A stretch of 41,230 bases of DNA from Pseudovirgaria hyperparasitica. Lineage: Eukaryota. The notes under the pieces are model-generated. The model saw only the letters and a list, made by a program, of their open reading frames with translations. It searched no databases and was not told where the DNA came from. Positions 38,019 to 41,230 of the stretch are shown here, piece by piece (position 1 is the first letter of the stretch; every line of letters begins with the position of its first letter). Position numbers and translations under genes: made by a program. The stretch lies in assembly GCA_010093815.1 (NCBI GenBank), contig ML996567.1. One strand, 5' to 3'.

Positions 38019-41009
38019 ATGGCAGGCGATTAGAGCCTTCCGACTAAGCCAAGCAAAGGAAAAGGGAAGGCGGTATAATTAGCTCCGCCACCCGTGGAAG
38101 ATGCTAGACCTTCGGAACCGGCCAAAACTTCTGGATCCATACGCCATGCCCAATAGACACTTCAAGACCTAAATAATCTAGTAGGGAACGATCGTTTCTA
38201 TTAATCTTATAAAAAACCAATGCCGTCATGCATGAACAGCGTAAAGTTCGTGGTCGGTAACATTATGTAGATGCTAGAGAAGGACGTCTGTTTGGTAAAC
38301 GCTACGTAGAGGCAATTAGATACTAATCGTTTCGGTAGCATTAACGTAGTTATCCGCAAAGGAGCCGGTCCGGAACTCGTGGCCGCCCTCGCGGATTATA
38401 AGGTTTTGGAATCCGAGGAAATTCTAGTAACGGAGCCATATAATCTTAATGCAAAAATCATTATACACGTGGCTATACTAACATGCGTAAAGACGAAGTC
38501 GGATATGAAAAAACGTCATGACGTCCTAAGAGGTTTGTATAAAAGTATCGTCGAAACTGCGGTTAATTATTGGGACCCGGATGTTAGTAGCGTCGCTCGG
38601 ATTCTTTGTCCTGTCCTTAGAATATCGAAGTATAGATGGGCTATGGACGCCGGAGCCTATTCTACCCTTCTCGGTATACGAATGGCTTTCGAGGACTCTA
38701 ATAACGATGAAATACCATTCGATATCTTACTCGTCGTGCCATTAGCGGAGGATATGCTTAATATTACACCTGTTATCTAGTGGGTTTCCAATCATACGAA
38801 TTACTATCATCCACTAACATCCTTTAGTATTGTATTCCCGTCGATCGAAACGCGCGCCATTAAGTTTCCAGGTATGTTAAATCCCGGCTTTAGTAATCCT
38901 TGGGATCAGCGATTCCAATACCCGCGCATTCGTCATTATATACACTCTATAGTCTTTCCCTATAACCGTCTGGGATCGACGATTCTAGACCCCTCTTGAG
39001 ATATACATGTTCCCTATAACCGTCTGCGATCGACGATTCCAGGCCCTTCTTAAGATATATATGTTCTATACTAACCGTCTACCGTAGAACTACCTATCTA
39101 ATATATACCGATGACACCTCGTGCATATACGGCTCGCGCCGCTAGTATTAAGTTGGCTCTATCTTAGGAAGTTTACACTAACCGTACACGTTTCGTCGAG
39201 GATACAATTAGGGATAACGTTACACATGGTCGAGCCGTGGTAGCCCGTCCTCTAGTAACCGATAAACCATCCCCCGCGAAGAAGAAGAAGAAGGGTTCTA
39301 AGACTAAAAATGCCGCCGATCCTATTATAAGTGAGACCGGTAAAACGTCTAAGACCGCACCGCTACTTAAGAATAGTGTAGTAGTAAAAGAGCCGACTAT
39401 AGAAACGCTACACCCTACTACGGAACTATCTTCGGTAAAGGAACCCAAAGATAATACTAATAATTTAGGTTCTATACCTCCGCCTGCAGATGGCGAACTT
39501 CCTAATAATCCGGACTCCGAACCCGATACCTCTAACTTGCTACCACCGCGAACACCGTCAAAATCCAAAGCCCGGAAAGTAGTTAGAACGCCATCGAAAA
39601 GATTAAAGGCAAACTAAACCGACACCGTAAAGCCGACTAGCACTACTCTAGTTATAGCCGTAGCTGTAAAAAAGGCCAAAGCGCCAAAGCGTAAAAAAAA
39701 CGATGGTGACTTTATAATCTCCAACGACCTAAAGCTTCCTAGTAGGTGTCTACGACCTTAGGCGATAGCTTTCTTCATCGATCGACTAGTAATAGGCAAA
39801 CCTATTATCTACCGCTCGGTTGGACACTACTACGTCACGTAGTTCTGGTTAGCTGCAGCGGAGAGAATTTCGCGTCTCGAGAATCAAGGTAAGCTCCATG
39901 CCAGATTCACTTTTATCGCGAAGATTATATATATACTAGGTGGCGCCAGAGCGGGCGGCTATGGACCTAATACCTATATTGATCTACACTTCCACAGCTC
40001 CAAGGAATACTACCGTTTGATTCTACCCTATGAGCGGCTCGAGAGACTTACGTGGAGCCCTAAAATTCTCGTAGAGGGTCTTCGTCTTCGGCTCGCCCAG
40101 CCCGTATATAAAGAACCTAGATTTAAGACTCCTACTAATCATCGGGAGCGACAACTCGCCGTACTTCGCCAACTTAGGGAGTCGCTCGGTCGTCTAATTT
40201 TCCATGATTATTAGTCTAACATTGGCTTTGCGTATTAGCTCGCCATATAGTAAGTTCGGGATGAGCTGAAGTATGACGATCCCGACCTTAACCTACCTAA
40301 GGAAGTCGACGAGAGTGACGAAGAGGATTTATTACGTCGCATGAAGCCGCCAGCCGATACCGCCGAAAAGTCTTCTATAGCCGAAGTAACTATAAGGAAG
40401 AAGCGTATAGCGTCGTACAGCGATTTAAGTAAGGCCGTTAAGCGCGTTAAACTTAGTAACGAGATACTAGAGGAGGCACTAGAATTGGCGATTATAGACG
40501 CCTCTAAGGTTTTGGATGATGTGCCCGATAACACCACACGGATAAACTCCCTAGACCCCCTCGTAGACTCTAGTACTATTTCTAAGGAACGTGTGGAATC
40601 GCCGATTCCAGGACCTTCTACGGACCTTAACCCTCCTCCTGTTTTTCCTTTAATCACGCTAACCATGCCGACCATTACTACCACGTTATCGCACACATCT
40701 CCCGAGGGCACTAATGCTATCGCATTAGATGGTGAGGGTAATTCTAGGTCGCGGATCTTAGATCTATCTAAACAGCCAACGATCGATACATAGCCTAGCA
40801 TGCCTAACAGTGGCATTATCATTAACCAAGACCGGCCGCTTACTACCTAGGTATAGTATCTCGCTAATTATGGCCCTTTTAAGGACGAACACGCAGTTAA
40901 AGAACTTTACTATAATATAGCGTTCCCTGGATCTAATCTAGATTTCCCGCCGCCCTCGTTAGTAGATTCGACCGACCCTAATGATATCGACATAGACTTA
41001 AGTAGTTAA
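38019..41009 (+). pseudogene. RIP-inactivated macrodomain (Appr-1''-p / MacroD-like) protein with a long Lys/Pro-rich C-terminal extension, 4 exons
   Basis: 'VKFVVGNIM...LVNAT...GAGPELVAAL...VTEPYNLNAKIIIHV...ILCPVL' resembles the macro fold. Introns 38780-38827, 38872-39087 and 39889-39939 join in frame to the ORF pieces at 39237, 40017 and 40341. Confidence 0.72.
38956..39080 (+). repeat. Tandem duplication of a 54-bp unit containing the palindrome, inside an intron
   Basis: ttccctataaccgtctg(g/c)gatcgacgatt...gatata(c/t)atg occurs twice, followed by a partial third copy. Confidence 0.85.
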
Positions 41010-41230
41010 AGGGTTGGGTTTTTCTTGAGTGCGGACATGCGTATAAGATTCAAGTAGTTATTAGTAAATCATAATCTAGTACTAGGGTAGGCTCATGACT
41101 ATAACACTATAGCCGTAGACTAATAGCTAGACCGTAATACTAAAAGAGTGGGCATTCAGCCGTCTTATTAATTCTTAGTTCTTTATATTTTCGTACGCAT
41201 CTACGAACTTCATCACTTAATATAAATAAG

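Larger units (their letters stand above)
25818..40611. repeat. Dispersed 19-bp palindrome CTGGAATCG-N-CGATTCCAG, at least 11 copies
   Basis: Copies start at 25818, 27604, 31495, 33675, 34713, 36393, 37345, 38900, 38970, 39024 and 40593. Confidence 0.85.

Noticed and set aside
25818..40611. CRISPR-like interpretation of the palindromic repeats
   Set aside because: Eukaryotic context, irregular kilobase spacing and no cas genes.
25430..41230. Calling the cassette a Starship
   Set aside because: No DUF3435 captain or typical Starship auxiliary genes were recognised, and the YR-like domain is fused to RecQ. Being cargo of a larger element outside the window cannot be excluded.
25430..41230. Telomere adjacent to the TLH-like gene
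   Set aside because: No (TTAGGG)n or (CCCTAA)n array was seen in the window, so subtelomeric position cannot be established.

Overview
Filamentous ascomycete (Pezizomycotina-type) genomic DNA with spliceosomal introns and strong RIP signatures, in four zones. (1) About 1-8.7 kb: intact genes for a DUF3433/spray-like membrane protein, a GH65 acid trehalase, a mitochondrial enoyl-CoA hydratase and a PTH11-like membrane protein. (2) About 10-20.4 kb: accessory-looking genes (NUDIX hydrolase, small kinase, PD-(D/E)xK-like protein, DHA2 MFS pump, a decayed hypothetical gene) and a quinone oxidoreductase pseudogene split by a 458-bp TIR element with an 8-bp TSD. (3) About 20.4-25.4 kb: a heavily RIP-mutated nest of LTR retrotransposon pieces. 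(4) About 25.4 kb to the end: a moderately RIP-mutated cassette of four large co-oriented genes whose frames stay colinear apart from TAA/TAG stops. These are an unknown protein, a DUF3505 zinc finger + tyrosine-recombinase-like + RecQ helicase fusion, an SNF2 helicase, and a macrodomain protein with a long tail. At least 11 copies of a 19-bp palindrome (CTGGAATCG-N-CGATTCCAG) are scattered through this cassette. It is the best candidate for an undescribed system: a large mobile or subtelomeric element led by a YR-RecQ fusion rather than a Starship DUF3435 captain. Domain calls come from manual translation and motif recognition, not database searches.
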